Positions 28,458-40,359 of a stretch of DNA of 64,000 bases are shown here, piece after piece. How positions within the stretch are numbered: the first letter of the stretch is position 1; each line of letters starts with the position of its first letter. Source of the DNA: Trypanosoma brucei (taxonomy: Eukaryota); NCBI GenBank assembly GCA_000002445.1, contig AE017150.2, positions 1,056,001-1,120,000 on the forward strand, in the 5' to 3' direction. The position numbers were made by a program, and so were the translations under genes. The notes beneath the pieces are model-generated. The model was given only the letters and a program-made list of their open reading frames with translations. It had not been told where the DNA came from and ran no database searches.

Positions 28458-31070
28458 ATGGCACATTCAGATCGCCAATGTACAAACGCAGCGCAAACTG
28501 CATTGTCAGATGCTGTTGAGTCGGCACGGAAGCACAACAACGGTTTTGTCGATCCCGCGCATCTTGCGCTTGTATTGTTTAAGAATGAAGATGGACTTGC
28601 TTCACGTGTATTGCGTAAACTCAATGCGGGTACGGTGCTGGAGCCACTCGCCGCACGAGTTGGTGCACTTCCGGAGCAGAGGCCCGCGCCCGCGGTTCCA
28701 TCACCTTCTCCAGCGATGGTGGTTGTGCTCAACACCGCAGAGCAGAAGCGAATAGAGTGGGGTGACTCACTTATTGCTGTTGATCATCTTCTTATTGGGT
28801 TGTTTGAATGTAAGGAAGTTGAGGCCATCATGAAGGCCGCACACGCGTCGAAGAAAGCCGTTGAAGGTGCGCTTCTGGAGTTACGCAAAGGAAAGAAGGT
28901 TACATCCGAATTCCAGGAGGAAAACTACCAAGCTCTTGAAAAATACGCAACCGACTTGTGTAAACTGGCGGAGGAGGGGAAACTTGATCCAGTGATTGGG
29001 CGGACTGATGAGGTTCTGCGCACAATACGCGTTCTATCGAGACGAACAAAAAACAACCCAATTCTGATTGGTGAGCCCGGTGTCGGCAAGACTGCGATCG
29101 CGGAGGGAATTGCGCAGCGGATTGTACGTGGGGACGTGCCGGACACCTTGTTGAATACACGTTTGTTTTCCCTTGACCTCGGCGCCCTTATCGCTGGAAG
29201 CTCGCTTCGGGGCGAGTTTGAGGAGCGTCTCAAGAGTGTGCTAAACGAAGTGAAGGAGAGCTCCAATGGAGTTATTTTGTTTATTGATGAGATTCACCTC
29301 GTCCTCGGGGCAGGGAAGTCCGGTGGCTCGATGGATGCCGCAAATTTGCTGAAACCAATGCTCGCACGTGGAGAACTTCGTACTATTGGAGCGACTACAC
29401 TGGAGGAGTATCGCACATATGTCGAGAAGGATGCCGCATTTGAGAGGCGCTTCATGCCTGTGTATGTTACAGAGCCCAGTGTTGAAGAGTGCATCAGCAT
29501 CCTTCGTGGCCTAAAGGACCGGTATGAGGCACACCACGGTGTTCAAATTACTGACAATGCGGTTGTTGTTGCAGCACAGCTGGCGAACCGTTACATCACA
29601 AACCGCTTCATGCCTGACAAGGCCATCGACCTCATTGATGAAGCGTGTGCCAATGTGAGGGTGCAGCTTTCATCGCGGCCGGAGGCGATTGACATCCTTG
29701 AGCGCAAGAAACGCCAGCTGGAGATTGAGGCGAAGGCTCTCGAACGTGACAAGGAAGCTGCTTCACGGGAGCGACTAAAACTTGTGAAGGCGGATATACA
29801 GCGCGTTGAGGAGGAGTTGCAACCACTTGTCAGCAAGTATAATGATGAGCGTCAACGTATTGATGAGCTTCAGGAGATGCAGTCGCGTCTTGATGAGAAG
29901 AAGAACAAACTGGAGCGCGCTGTGCGTGATGGCAAAATGGACTTGGCTGCAGACCTCCAGTACAATGTCATCCCCCTGATTCAGGACCGCATTCGGTCGT
30001 TGAAGGAGGACATTGAAAGACAGAAGGCCACATTGGTGCAGGAAAAGGTTACTGAAGGTGACGTCGCCGCTGTGGTTGCCCGCTGGACCGGCATCCCTGT
30101 GGTTAAATTGAGTCAGACGGATCGGGAACGGCTATTGAACCTTTCCATGCATCTCCACCGACGCGTGAAGGGACAAGATGAGGCGGTTGAGCGGGTTGCC
30201 GATGCTATTATTCGTGCTCGTGCGGGCCTGTCGCGGCCCAACTCCCCAACTGCCTCGTTTCTATTCCTTGGACCCACGGGTGTTGGAAAGACAGAACTGG
30301 TTAAAGCCGTTGCTGCCGAGTTGTTTGACGACGAAAAGCATATGGTACGCATTGACATGAGCGAGTATATGGAGCAACATTCGGTGTCACGGTTGATTGG
30401 TGCACCACCTGGTTACATTGGCCATGACGAGGGCGGACAGTTGACGGAACCAGTGCGGCGGCGCCCTCACGCCGTTGTGTTGTTTGATGAGGTGGAAAAG
30501 GCACATCCAAATGTGTACAATGTGCTACTGCAAGTACTGGATGATGGCCGCTTGACTGACTCGCGTGGACGGACGGTGGACTTCAGCAACACCATCATCG
30601 TCATGACATCTAACCTCGGCTCTGAGCACCTCTTGAACCCTGAGGAGACGAATGAATCTTATGAGGTACTGCGTGAGAATGTGTTGGCTGCCGTGCGGTC
30701 TTACTTCCGACCTGAGCTCATCAATCGCTTGGATGATATTGTTGTGTTCCGAAGACTTCGTACAGAAGACCTGCGGGGTGTCGTTGACAATCTTATCGCT
30801 GGCGTTAACGAGCGTCTCAAATCCAGTGGGTTTTCTGTTTTGCTGGATGATGGTGTGAAGGATTTCATTTTGGAGCATGGCCACGATGCCAATATGGGCG
30901 CTCGCCCGCTACGCCGTTGGATCGAAAAGAACATCGTCACTGAAATCGGCCGCATGCTCATCGCGAAGGAGCTGCCACCAAACAGCACTTTACGAGTTTC
31001 ACTTCCTGAAGGTGGGAACAAACTGACGTTTGGTGTGAAACGGGGGCTTACCAGTGACGAATGGGAATAA
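28458..31070 (+). CDS. HSP104: HSP104 / ClpB-type AAA+ disaggregase chaperone.
   Basis: Two AAA+ modules are present. Walker A motifs are GEPGVGKT and GPTGVGKT. Walker B motifs are ILFIDEIH and [12 protein letters not shown] coiled-coil middle domain lies between them, and the ClpB N-domain and C-terminal domain are present. Confidence 0.92.
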   Translation: MAHSDRQCTNAAQTALSDAVESARKHNNGFVDPAHLALVLFKNEDGLASRVLRKLNAGTVLEPLAARVGALPEQRPAPAVPSPSPAMVVVLNTAEQKRIEWGDSLIAVDHLLIGLFECKEVEAIMKAAHASKKAVEGALLELRKGKKVTSEFQEENYQALEKYATDLCKLAEEGKLDPVIGRTDEVLRTIRVLSRRTKNNPILIGEPGVGKTAIAEGIAQRIVRGDVPDTLLNTRLFSLDLGALIAGSSLRGEFEERLKSVLNEVKESSNGVILFIDEIHLVLGAGKSGGSMDAANLLKPMLARGELRTIGATTLEEYRTYVEKDAAFERRFMPVYVTEPSVEECISILRGLKDRYEAHHGVQITDNAVVVAAQLANRYITNRFMPDKAIDLIDEACANVRVQLSSRPEAIDILERKKRQLEIEAKALERDKEAASRERLKLVKADIQRVEEELQPLVSKYNDERQRIDELQEMQSRLDEKKNKLERAVRDGKMDLAADLQYNVIPLIQDRIRSLKEDIERQKATLVQEKVTEGDVAAVVARWTGIPVVKLSQTDRERLLNLSMHLHRRVKGQDEAVERVADAIIRARAGLSRPNSPTASFLFLGPTGVGKTELVKAVAAELFDDEKHMVRIDMSEYMEQHSVSRLIGAPPGYIGHDEGGQLTEPVRRRPHAVVLFDEVEKAHPNVYNVLLQVLDDGRLTDSRGRTVDFSNTIIVMTSNLGSEHLLNPEETNESYEVLRENVLAAVRSYFRPELINRLDDIVVFRRLRTEDLRGVVDNLIAGVNERLKSSGFSVLLDDGVKDFILEHGHDANMGARPLRRWIEKNIVTEIGRMLIAKELPPNSTLRVSLPEGGNKLTFGVKRGLTSDEWE

Positions 31071-31246
31071 AGGCGCTGGACAAACAGAAAGGATATATCT
31101 ATATCGATATATGTGTTTTCGTTTTTGTCCTGGTGATGAGCGGGTGTGTGGGACGCATCCTTCCTCCTGTAACTGTGCCCTACTACTGGGTTCATGTGTT
31201 GGTTGTGATCTCCTTTGCCGCACCTTATTACCTTCTTTCTTTTCAA

Positions 31247-31480
31247 AATAATAATAATAGTTATTATTACCGCTCTCACTATTATTATTATTATCATTAT
31301 TATTATTATTATCATTATTATTATTATTATTACCGCTCTCACTATTATTATTATTATTGTCACTATTATTGTCACTCTCATAATTATTATTATGAACGTT
31401 TTTTGTTATTATTATTTTTTTGCTTTATCATCATCATCATCACTGTGTCGATTATTATTATATTATTATTAGTATTGCTG
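31247..31480 (+). repeat. (ATT/TTA)n-rich microsatellite block with an internal duplication of about 63 bp (taccgctctcactattattatt...), lying in the HSP104 3' flank.
   Basis: Read directly. The spurious low-complexity ORFs on both strands (IIIIII, YYYY) arise from this block. Confidence 0.8.
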
Positions 31481-32275
31481 TTGTTATTTGCTCGAGTCAG
31501 TGCGTTCTAGTACTACTACTGTTTTTGCATGTTCCGTACTGGTGCGCTGTCCAAGATTCTTTGTCGTTTCTTATGGCGTCATGACTGAGCGGATAAATAA
31601 ATTGCAGCATTAATTGTCTGAGGAGCTTATCCCTGACATCTTTCAACTCGTTCTGCATGTGCGTGTTACTGTTATTATTGTTATTATTATTAAGTGATGT
31701 TTTCATTGTACCACTTTCTTTTCTTCTTCCCTTTGGTTCATTTATTTATTTATTTTGAATGGTTTCTCTTAAGTGTGTGGCCGCACTGCTGTACACCACC
31801 AATAATATAGAAGATAGGCATTCCAATAAGGGGATATTAATTGTGTATATATATATATATATATATTATTCTTAGGAATAGTCTCTATTATTGTGTGGCT
31901 CCCATCCGGGGAGGGGGAAAGAAAAAAAAAAAAGAGACACCAAACCGAACTGAATAATTTTCCGGAACCGAAGGAAGTGAAACCACTGTATCATCACCAT
32001 TATTAATATAATTATAATTATTATAATTATTAAGATTATTATTATTATTATCCAGTTCTCCCCGTGTTTTGTGCTTACGTTTCTTTCCTAATTTCTTTCT
32101 TTTTTAAAGTAGCGGCCAAGCCCCGTGGTGCTGGAATTTTCTTCATAAACGTGATTAGGTGTGACTAAAGCACCTTCTGGCTGTCGTCGTAGTTGTTGTT
32201 ATTGCTTCTTCTTCCTTTTTTTTCTTTTTATTTTGTTTGTTTGTCGTTTGTGTGTGGGTGCGTGTGGGTGTGTGA

Positions 32276-32278
32276 GAG

Positions 32279-32309
<31 letters not shown>

Positions 32310-32312
32310 AAA
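32276..32312 (+). repeat. (GAAA)n microsatellite, about 8 units, immediately upstream of the GPI-PLC start codon.
   Basis: Read directly as agaaagaaagaaagaaagaaagaaagaaagaaa. Confidence 0.9.
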
Positions 32313-32352
32313 AGAGGGGAAGGGGACTTTGAGACGGTTAAGAATCTTTGTA

Positions 32353-33429
32353 ATGTTTGGTGGTGTAAAGTGGTCACCGCAGTCATGGATGAGTGACACG
32401 CGGTCTTCCATTGAGAAGAAATGTATTGGTCAAGTATATATGGTAGGAGCACATAATGCAGGAACACACGGCATACAAATGTTTTCCCCGTTTGGATTAG
32501 ATGCCCCTGAAAAGTTACGAAGCCTCCCTCCATATGTGACCTTTCTTTTAAGATTTCTTACTGTTGGTGTGAGCAGCAGATGGGGACGTTGTCAAAATCT
32601 TTCTATTCGACAGCTTTTGGATCATGGGGTGCGTTATCTCGACTTACGCATGAACATAAGTCCGGATCAGGAAAATAAAATTTACACAACGCATTTCCAT
32701 ATTTCTGTTCCACTACAAGAGGTTCTGAAGGATGTCAAGGATTTCTTGACCACACCTGCAAGCGCCAACGAATTTGTCATCCTCGATTTCTTGCATTTCT
32801 ACGGATTTAATGAGAGCCATACGATGAAGCGCTTTGTTGAGGAGCTGCAAGCACTTGAGGAGTTTTACATTCCCACAACCGTCTCTTTAACCACACCACT
32901 TTGTAACCTCTGGCAGTCAACCAGACGTATTTTTCTTGTTGTGAGACCTTATGTAGAATACCCTTATGCACGACTCCGCAGTGTTGCGCTTAAATCCATT
33001 TGGGTTAATCAAATGGAGTTGAATGATCTTCTCGACCGGTTGGAGGAACTCATGACGCGTGATTTGGAAGATGTCAGTATTGGCGGGGTTCCATCTAAAA
33101 TGTACGTCACGCAAGCTATCGGTACGCCGCGAAATAACGACTTTGCGGTGGCAGCGTGTTGTGGCGCGTGTCCCGGTTCACATCCCGATTTGTATTCCGC
33201 TGCAAAGCATAAAAATCCACATCTTTTGCAGTGGTTTTATGATTTAAATGTTAATGGTGTTATGCGAGGGGAGCGTGTGACTATAAGACGGGGAAACAAT
33301 ACACATGGAAATATACTTTTGCTTGATTTCGTGCAAGAAGGCACTTGTACCGTTAAGGGAGTCGACAAACCGATGAATGCCGTTGCGTTATGCGTTCATT
33401 TAAACACCAACCAAACCGCAAGGTCATAA
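32353..33429 (+). CDS. GPI-PLC: Glycosylphosphatidylinositol-specific phospholipase C (GPI-PLC, the VSG lipase).
   Basis: 358-aa product beginning MFGGVKWSPQSWMSDTRSSIEKKCIGQVYMVGAHNAGTHG, with His at position 34 in a PI-PLC X-box-like motif. A C-terminal CCGAC cysteine cluster (AVAACCGACPGSHPD) is present. Both match what is known of T. brucei GPI-PLC. The start is set at the ATG at 32353. The upstream ORF extension translates pyrimidine and (GAAA)n tracts. Confidence 0.9.
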   Translation: MFGGVKWSPQSWMSDTRSSIEKKCIGQVYMVGAHNAGTHGIQMFSPFGLDAPEKLRSLPPYVTFLLRFLTVGVSSRWGRCQNLSIRQLLDHGVRYLDLRMNISPDQENKIYTTHFHISVPLQEVLKDVKDFLTTPASANEFVILDFLHFYGFNESHTMKRFVEELQALEEFYIPTTVSLTTPLCNLWQSTRRIFLVVRPYVEYPYARLRSVALKSIWVNQMELNDLLDRLEELMTRDLEDVSIGGVPSKMYVTQAIGTPRNNDFAVAACCGACPGSHPDLYSAAKHKNPHLLQWFYDLNVNGVMRGERVTIRRGNNTHGNILLLDFVQEGTCTVKGVDKPMNAVALCVHLNTNQTARS

Positions 33430-34849
33430 AAATGTGGGAAAAAAAACAAATCTCTGCTGCGTTTGTGACTGAAACAAGGGTTTAAAAGTAAAAAAAAAGT
33501 TAAGTGGACGACGAAATAACAACAAAGGGAAGGAAGGAAAATTAAAATTAAAAAAAAAATTAAAAAAAAAAGGGCGACAACGACGTTGGAAGAGTGTGAA
33601 CTATATACATATATATATATGTATTCCTCCTGTTTTTTTTTGATTTGTCTCTTGCTTAAAAAAGAAAGAAGAAGAAGAGGAGGAGGGGGAGAGAAAAGAA
33701 AAAAGAAAGCGATCAAATGAAAGGTCAGTGGATTATTGAGGGGGACGGTGTTTGAAAGAGAGAGTGAATGCGAATACATGTGCCAGTGGTACTGCTGCTA
33801 TATTAAAAAAAAAAATTATACGGGTATGGTGTGGAAGCAAATGTGGGGGTTTTTATTTTTAATCCTTAAAAAGCAAAAGCAAAAGCAAAAAACGGGAAAC
33901 TAATACGCTATGCGTTTTGTGCCTTAAATGTACGGGCCCTCACATGCTTTATTTTCCATTCTGGTTTTTACCCGTATTCAACTTTTATTCCATTTTTTCT
34001 TTATTTTTATATATGCATGCGTGCATATATATATATATATATATTTATATGTTGATTTATTTATTTATGCATTATTGTGTCCCTTATTATGCTTTCTTTT
34101 CTTCCCAAATTTCTTCCATTTTGCTTTGAAAATTTGTGGTCATACGGAATTGGTATGAAAGGAGGAGTTTTACAACAGCAACAAAAAAAAAAAGAAAAAG
34201 AAAAAAAAGAGAAAAGAAAAGAATAATTTAAAGAAAATAAAATAAAATAAAGAAAAGAAAAGAGAGATGATGTCGGTTAAAAAAAAAAGGGAAGGATGTT
34301 GAGTGGAGAAGTGGAGGAAATAAATAACAACAATGCACCAAACAGCAGTTTAGTTTTTTTTTTTTGCTACACATATTTCTACATGTATATTTACTTATGT
34401 TTCCGTACGAATACAAAATGAATACATTTCTATATTTTTGTATTTGTAATCGCCACTCTTTTGAATTTAAACAGAAAAGAAAAAAAAAATTAAAAAGAAG
34501 AGAAGGAGTGAAAAGTGCGAAGTGAAAGAGGGGGAAAAAAAAAAAGAAATCGGAAGGGAATTGCACGTGTCTCCCGTGAAGGAATGTTTTTTTTTTTTTA
34601 ACGTAAAAGTAAATAAATAATGCAAGGAAAAGAGTGAAAATCTAATAAAAATAAAATGAACTTTTAGATATTGATGAAACGGCTGCTGCAAAACAAATGA
34701 TATGTTTTTTTTTTTAAATGCACCACCTCATCAAAGTAGAGAATTAAAGTTTTTTTTTTTTAGAAAAAAAAGCGGAAAATATACGTATGGAATTGGGAAT
34801 GGAATAAGAGGAGGAGAAAGAAGAAGAGGAAGAAGAAAAGTGGTGCTTT

Positions 34850-34888
34850 TTTGTTTGTTTGTTTGTTTGTTTGTTTGTTTGTTTGTTA
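34850..34888 (+). repeat. (GTTT)n microsatellite, about 9 units.
   Basis: Read directly within the 3.5-kb intergenic region. Confidence 0.9.
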
Positions 34889-36933
34889 GGTTGCGTAAAA
34901 CATATACGCATCAATAGAAAACAAATAAAAAGTGAAGTGAAGTGAAGGGGAAGGGGAAGAAACAAAAAAAAAAAGAAAGAAAGAAACAAAGGAAAGAGCA
35001 CCTTTTTGGTTTTTTTGTTTAAATTTTATTTTTACTGAAAAGAAAAAAAGTGCAAGAACGAAGTTTGGTGTGCAGATCCTGTGAGGTTTATATTCCTTAT
35101 TTAACTTCCACCTAGTTTGGTGCATGTTTAATTTTTTTTTCTCTTTTTCTACTTGGTATTTAATTTGGTTTCTGTCTATTTTCGTTTTGATGCACTTATG
35201 CATTTGTTTGCTTACGCCTTTTGCCTTCCTTTGCTTTGTTTTGTCTCAACCTCTCTTCCATTCGGTTGCTATCATTGATTATTAAATAAATATCTAAATA
35301 TTTATATTTTTATGGTGATTTTGATTATCACGATTATCATCATCATTATTATTAGTATTAGTATTATTGGTGATTTGTTTATTTGTGGGTACAACCACCG
35401 TATGATTATTGCCGTTATTGTTGTACTTATTATCCTTTAAAAAAAATAATAATAATAATTGTGTAGGCTGTTTCTTCTCCTCTCTTCTCCCCTCTTCTTC
35501 TTCTTTTTTTTTAAACTTCGTCTTTTCAATTTTTTTCTTTTTGAGGAAGGGGGAGGAGAGGGGAGGGGCGTTGTCACTCGTACACACACACACACATACA
35601 CACATACATATGTATACGTATATTGTATATACATATGTATCTGTGTACGCTTATATATATATATATATATATATGTATATTTATTATATAGTTAAATAAT
35701 AGCTAATAAATGAATAATATAAATAATAATAATAATTGATTAATTAAATTATTAAAGCGTGAATTCCATTGTGTTACTTCTATATTTACCGTGTTTTCTT
35801 GTTTGACATGGTGTGGCGATTATAATTCGTCTTCTTCTTATCCCTTTTTCACTCGCTTTCTCATTTTCTCTGACTTCTCTTTCATATTTTTCTTTTGGTT
35901 ATTGAAATGTTATTGAAGTTTAAGTATCCGATAGTGTGTAACCCCCTTTTCCCTCTTTTTCATTCTCGTTGTTTTTGTTTATTTTAATATTTACATCCAA
36001 TTTCTCTTTTACGATTTTTCTTTTTTTTTTTTCCTTTTTTAATCACTTCATAATATTTCCCTCCTTTAAGGAATAATAGTAATGTGAATAATAAAAAGGA
36101 AAGGATTAAAGGATGGAAATACATACATATGTGTATACATACATAAATAAATATATATATCTACACATGCATATATTAAAATGTGCTTCAAATGTGTGAA
36201 GTGATGTGACATGCCGGTTTAATGTCAAATGAAATATTTATTCGTTTAATTGTGGTTGTTGCAGTCGTAACTTCAGGAGGAAATGAGAGAGGTATATTTA
36301 TACAGGTGACACAGATCCCTTTCAATGCTTCATGAAATTTAAAATAATTCGGGAAACTACACACGCACAGTAGATGATACGAGACAAAAATGTAATTTAA
36401 TACAATTTTAATATACATGTGCACATACACTTATTTATTTATTGAAGTGGGGCCTTTATTTTTCACCTAACTTCCTTAATTTATTTACTGTTTTGCAATT
36501 CGTGTGAGTGACCTTTTGTTAACTGTTAACTGCACCCTTTTCTTTTCTTGTTTTTTTATTTTTGTCTTTTATCATTATTATTATTTTCTTATTCATATTC
36601 TTTGAAGGGGGAAAAAAGAAAGAAAAGAAACCTAACGGTTGGAAGGTTAAATAGAGTGAAAGAGAAGCACGAAACTTTTCACCACCAAATTGGAGGGAAG
36701 GGAAGAAAGAAAAAGAAGAAAAAACAAATCAGAAAGAATATTAAGGAAAAAAAAAATACTGAAAAAAGAAAAAAAAAGAAGGAAGAGCAGAAGTTCTTGT
36801 AGGTGTTATTATTTGCTGTTTTTGTTGTTGTTTTGTTTGTAGAAAAGTAGAAGAAGAGCACAAAAGGAAGAGAAGCAACAGCAGATAAAAAAAGAAAAAT
36901 AAAGAAGAGAGAAAAGGAGAAGGAGAAGGAAAA

Positions 36934-39501
36934 ATGTCGTCAAAAATGATGTCACCGCCCGAAACATTAATGGTAGCAAATAGTGACCGTGTCAAGATGG
37001 TTGACATGCATCCGAAAGAACCACTTTTTCTTTGCTCGCTGTACTCCGGCATCATTAACTTGTGGAACTTTGAGACCCAAGCGCTGCTCAAATCATTTGA
37101 TACGGGCACGGGACTTCCCGTTCGTTGTGTTCGGTTTATACCCCGATTGCAATCGTTTGCCTGCGGTACGGATGATATGCAAGTCCGTGTATTTAACTAT
37201 AACACAATGGAGAGGACACGAACCTTTCAGGCTCATGACGATTACATTCGTGGAATTGTTGCACATGAGACTCTTCCGATTTTACTGACATGTTCGGATG
37301 ACATGACAATTAGACAATGGGATTGGAGTCGTGATTGGGCACTTGTAGAGACTTATGAGGGGCATCAACACTACGTTATGGGTATTGCAATGAACCCAAA
37401 GGACCCTTCCACATTTGCCACTGCTTCATTGGATTGCACAGTAAAGGTATGGAGTTTGAATAGTCCCGTGTCAAACTTCCAGCTCGAGGGACATGAAGAT
37501 GGTGTGAATTGTGTGGATTATTATCCGGGAGGTGACAAGCCATATTTATTGAGTGGAGCGGATGATCGTACTGTGCGACTCTGGGACTATCAAACCAAAG
37601 CTTGCCTGCAAGTTTTCTCGCATCATACGGCAAATGTCACCGCTGTTCTGTTTCACCCCAGCCAACCGCTATTGTTTACACTTGCAGAGGACATGGAAAT
37701 GAAGGTGATCACCACCGACACGCACCGTTTAGTACTTAATCTCGATCATTCTCGTATGAATCGTGGTTGGTCCATGACAACGAAGAAACACGCGAGTGCT
37801 CTGGTGGTTGGTTATGATGGTGGTACTGTTGTATACAAAGTGGGTGATGACAGGCCCGTTTTTACGATGGATTCCAATGGAAAGATCCTATTGGTGGTTG
37901 GTAATGATGTAAGACGTGTAGATGCAAAGGGCATTCCAGCGGATGTGACTGACGGTGACGTGTTGGCACTTCCTTCGAAGGAAATGGGAACGTTGGAGTC
38001 GCGTCCAACCGCTATTGTGTATGGACCCAGTGGGCAGTTCGTAGCAGCGCTTGGGGAAAGTGACTTCACTATACTTTCATCGCTTTCCATGCGGTCAAAA
38101 GCATTCGGTAAATGCATGTCGTTCGTTTGGGGTCCGGACAACGGTTCGTATGCTGTGATGTTGTCGCCTAGGGAGGTACGTATTTGCAAAAATTTCAAAG
38201 ATCGTGGGGCCATATCTCTTGTAGACAGTGCTGAGAGGTTGTTTGCTGGACCGCTGCTTGGTGTTTGCACGGCATCCAGCCTAGCGTTTTATGATTGGGC
38301 GACGTTAAGTTTTATACGGCAAATTGATGAGAGCCCCAAGGCGGTGCAGTGGACTGAAAACGGTGAGTTTGTTGCGATAGTCACCGACTCAGCCTTCTTT
38401 ACATTGCGGTTCAATAGTGACGATGTGGTGGATTATTTTGATGCGCATGACACCACACCGGAGGAGGGGCTTGATTTTGCTTTTGAAGTTGTGGAGGAGG
38501 TTATGGAGAGCGCGAAGGAAGTGTTATGGGTAAGTAACTGTGTTGTGTTCATCAACCAAGCGCATCGACTTTGTTATTACGTTGCGGGAGAAATCAACAG
38601 CATTGCGGTGGTGTCCCGTGATCAATACCTCCTTGGGTACTTGCCCAAGGAGAACAGGGTTCTTTGCATTGATAAGGACCTGAACATTACAAGTTACCTA
38701 ATTCCTCTCGGTATAATTGAATGCATGACTGCTGTGGCTCGGGGAGATTTGGTGGCCGTTCAAGCGCTGGTTCCTCCGCTTGGGGCACGTGAGAAATTAT
38801 TGGTCGCACGTTTCCTGCAGTCAAGGAAATACCTGGAGTTGGCGCTGGAGGTTACATCAGAAGATGACCATCGGTTCGAATTGGCACTGCAACTGGGTCG
38901 ACTGACGATGGCGGAGGAAATCGCTAAACAATCGGGTTCAGTTGGCCATTGGAAGCAGCTTGCGGACGTGGCACTTACGAAGGGCGCGTTTCAACTGGCG
39001 AAGGAGGCCTTATGTAAATGTGGGGATAGTAATGGTCTGCTTTTGCTTTACTCATGCGTGGGTGATATGGAAGCTATTTCAAAGTTGGGTGACACCTGCG
39101 TGGCGAATGGGAGGCTAAATATCGCTTTCACTTGTTTCCACCTAACAAGGCGTTACGCAGATAACGTGGATTTGCTTTGCCGCACAGGCAAACTTGCGGA
39201 AGCTGCCTTTTACGCTCGCACACACTGCCACGGAAAAGTTGACGAAGTTGTAGAAAAGTGGAAACTGGGGCTTGTCCGACTTCCGCGTGTATCGGAAGCT
39301 ATTGCGAATCCCACGGCATATCCCAATCTTTTCCCTAACATGCGGATGAACGCACCGGCGGCTGCGGTGGTGGAGGGCAGCACCATTAAATTCGAAAATG
39401 ATTTAGCGGCGACCAAAAACGGCAGTGCGGTGTTGTCAGCCAGTGGTGTTGGTGTTGGTGTTGGTGTTGGTGGTGACGACGACGAATGGGGTGAGCAGTA
39501 A
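36934..39501 (+). CDS. Coatomer (COPI) beta' subunit.
   Basis: The N-terminal WD40 propellers align closely to beta'-COP/Sec27 (RVFNYNT, HDDYIRGIVAH, GHQHYVMGIAMNPKDPSTFATASLDCTVKVWSL, GVNCVDYYPGGDKPYLLSGADDRTVRLWDYQTKAC). An alpha-solenoid C-terminal half follows. The C-terminus carries a (VG)n stretch encoded by (GGTGTT)n at about 39441-39475. Confidence 0.9.
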   Translation: MSSKMMSPPETLMVANSDRVKMVDMHPKEPLFLCSLYSGIINLWNFETQALLKSFDTGTGLPVRCVRFIPRLQSFACGTDDMQVRVFNYNTMERTRTFQAHDDYIRGIVAHETLPILLTCSDDMTIRQWDWSRDWALVETYEGHQHYVMGIAMNPKDPSTFATASLDCTVKVWSLNSPVSNFQLEGHEDGVNCVDYYPGGDKPYLLSGADDRTVRLWDYQTKACLQVFSHHTANVTAVLFHPSQPLLFTLAEDMEMKVITTDTHRLVLNLDHSRMNRGWSMTTKKHASALVVGYDGGTVVYKVGDDRPVFTMDSNGKILLVVGNDVRRVDAKGIPADVTDGDVLALPSKEMGTLESRPTAIVYGPSGQFVAALGESDFTILSSLSMRSKAFGKCMSFVWGPDNGSYAVMLSPREVRICKNFKDRGAISLVDSAERLFAGPLLGVCTASSLAFYDWATLSFIRQIDESPKAVQWTENGEFVAIVTDSAFFTLRFNSDDVVDYFDAHDTTPEEGLDFAFEVVEEVMESAKEVLWVSNCVVFINQAHRLCYYVAGEINSIAVVSRDQYLLGYLPKENRVLCIDKDLNITSYLIPLGIIECMTAVARGDLVAVQALVPPLGAREKLLVARFLQSRKYLELALEVTSEDDHRFELALQLGRLTMAEEIAKQSGSVGHWKQLADVALTKGAFQLAKEALCKCGDSNGLLLLYSCVGDMEAISKLGDTCVANGRLNIAFTCFHLTRRYADNVDLLCRTGKLAEAAFYARTHCHGKVDEVVEKWKLGLVRLPRVSEAIANPTAYPNLFPNMRMNAPAAAVVEGSTIKFENDLAATKNGSAVLSASGVGVGVGVGGDDDEWGEQ

Positions 39502-40359
39502 TTACGTAAATAATCGGCTTAAGATGGAGTGGTGGACCCGTTATTATTTTTTTTTCCCAATAGCGAGAGACGTCCCGTTTTTGTTTTTGTTTTTGCTTCT
39601 TCTTATACGGAAGGGAAGATTTTTCCTTTTTTTTTTTCAAAGAAGAAAGATGCAGGAAACCAGACAGTAAACACAAATACGGAGGAAAAAGAGCTGATAT
39701 TTACGCATTTTGTTTTCTTTTCCCCCTCCTTCTGAGATTTCCACTCCTTGGAGAGCAAGGCAGGGAATGGGAGGGGAAAAAAGAAAAAAAAAGTTGAAAG
39801 AGGCGGAAACGGACCTGCAGCGGGCGGGAATTGGTAAAGAACAACTTCCCAAACGATTTTATATAAACACACACACACATAAAAAAGAAAACGGTTGGTG
39901 TGATTTGGTTTAGTGCGTCCAGGGGGGGGGGTTGAAAGGATAGTTACTGAATAAGTTAGTAAAATACTAACCCTGTGTTGTATCGCGTTCGACTGTGTTT
40001 TTTTGGCGGTCACGAGGTGTTATAAATTCTGCGGACTAAAAGTGGGGCCCTCTGCTACGCTAATGTGTAAAACAGACGCATTATTTTTCTTTTTCAAACG
40101 AGTCACTGCCACACTTTCGTCATTTTGCCTTTATATGATTTGCTACCGTCACAAACTCTGTACCGTCAGAAGGCCTCTTTCTTTTTCTTTTTTTGTTTGT
40201 CTTGTTATGCATATATCCCTCCTCCTCCTCCTTCTCCCCAGGATTTGCATCTGTGCTATATACTTTCCTCTCTACGCCCTGTTTTTTTTCTTTTTTCCTC
40301 ATGATGTAAACCTAAAGTTGTGTGGCCCCTTGACTGTAGAGGGAAATTTGGGTCTTCAT

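Noticed and set aside
30701-31510. Low-complexity ORFs on both strands across the HSP104 3' flank (IIIIMIIII and YYYYHYY proteins).
   Set aside because: These are translations of the (ATT)n microsatellite block and are not genes.
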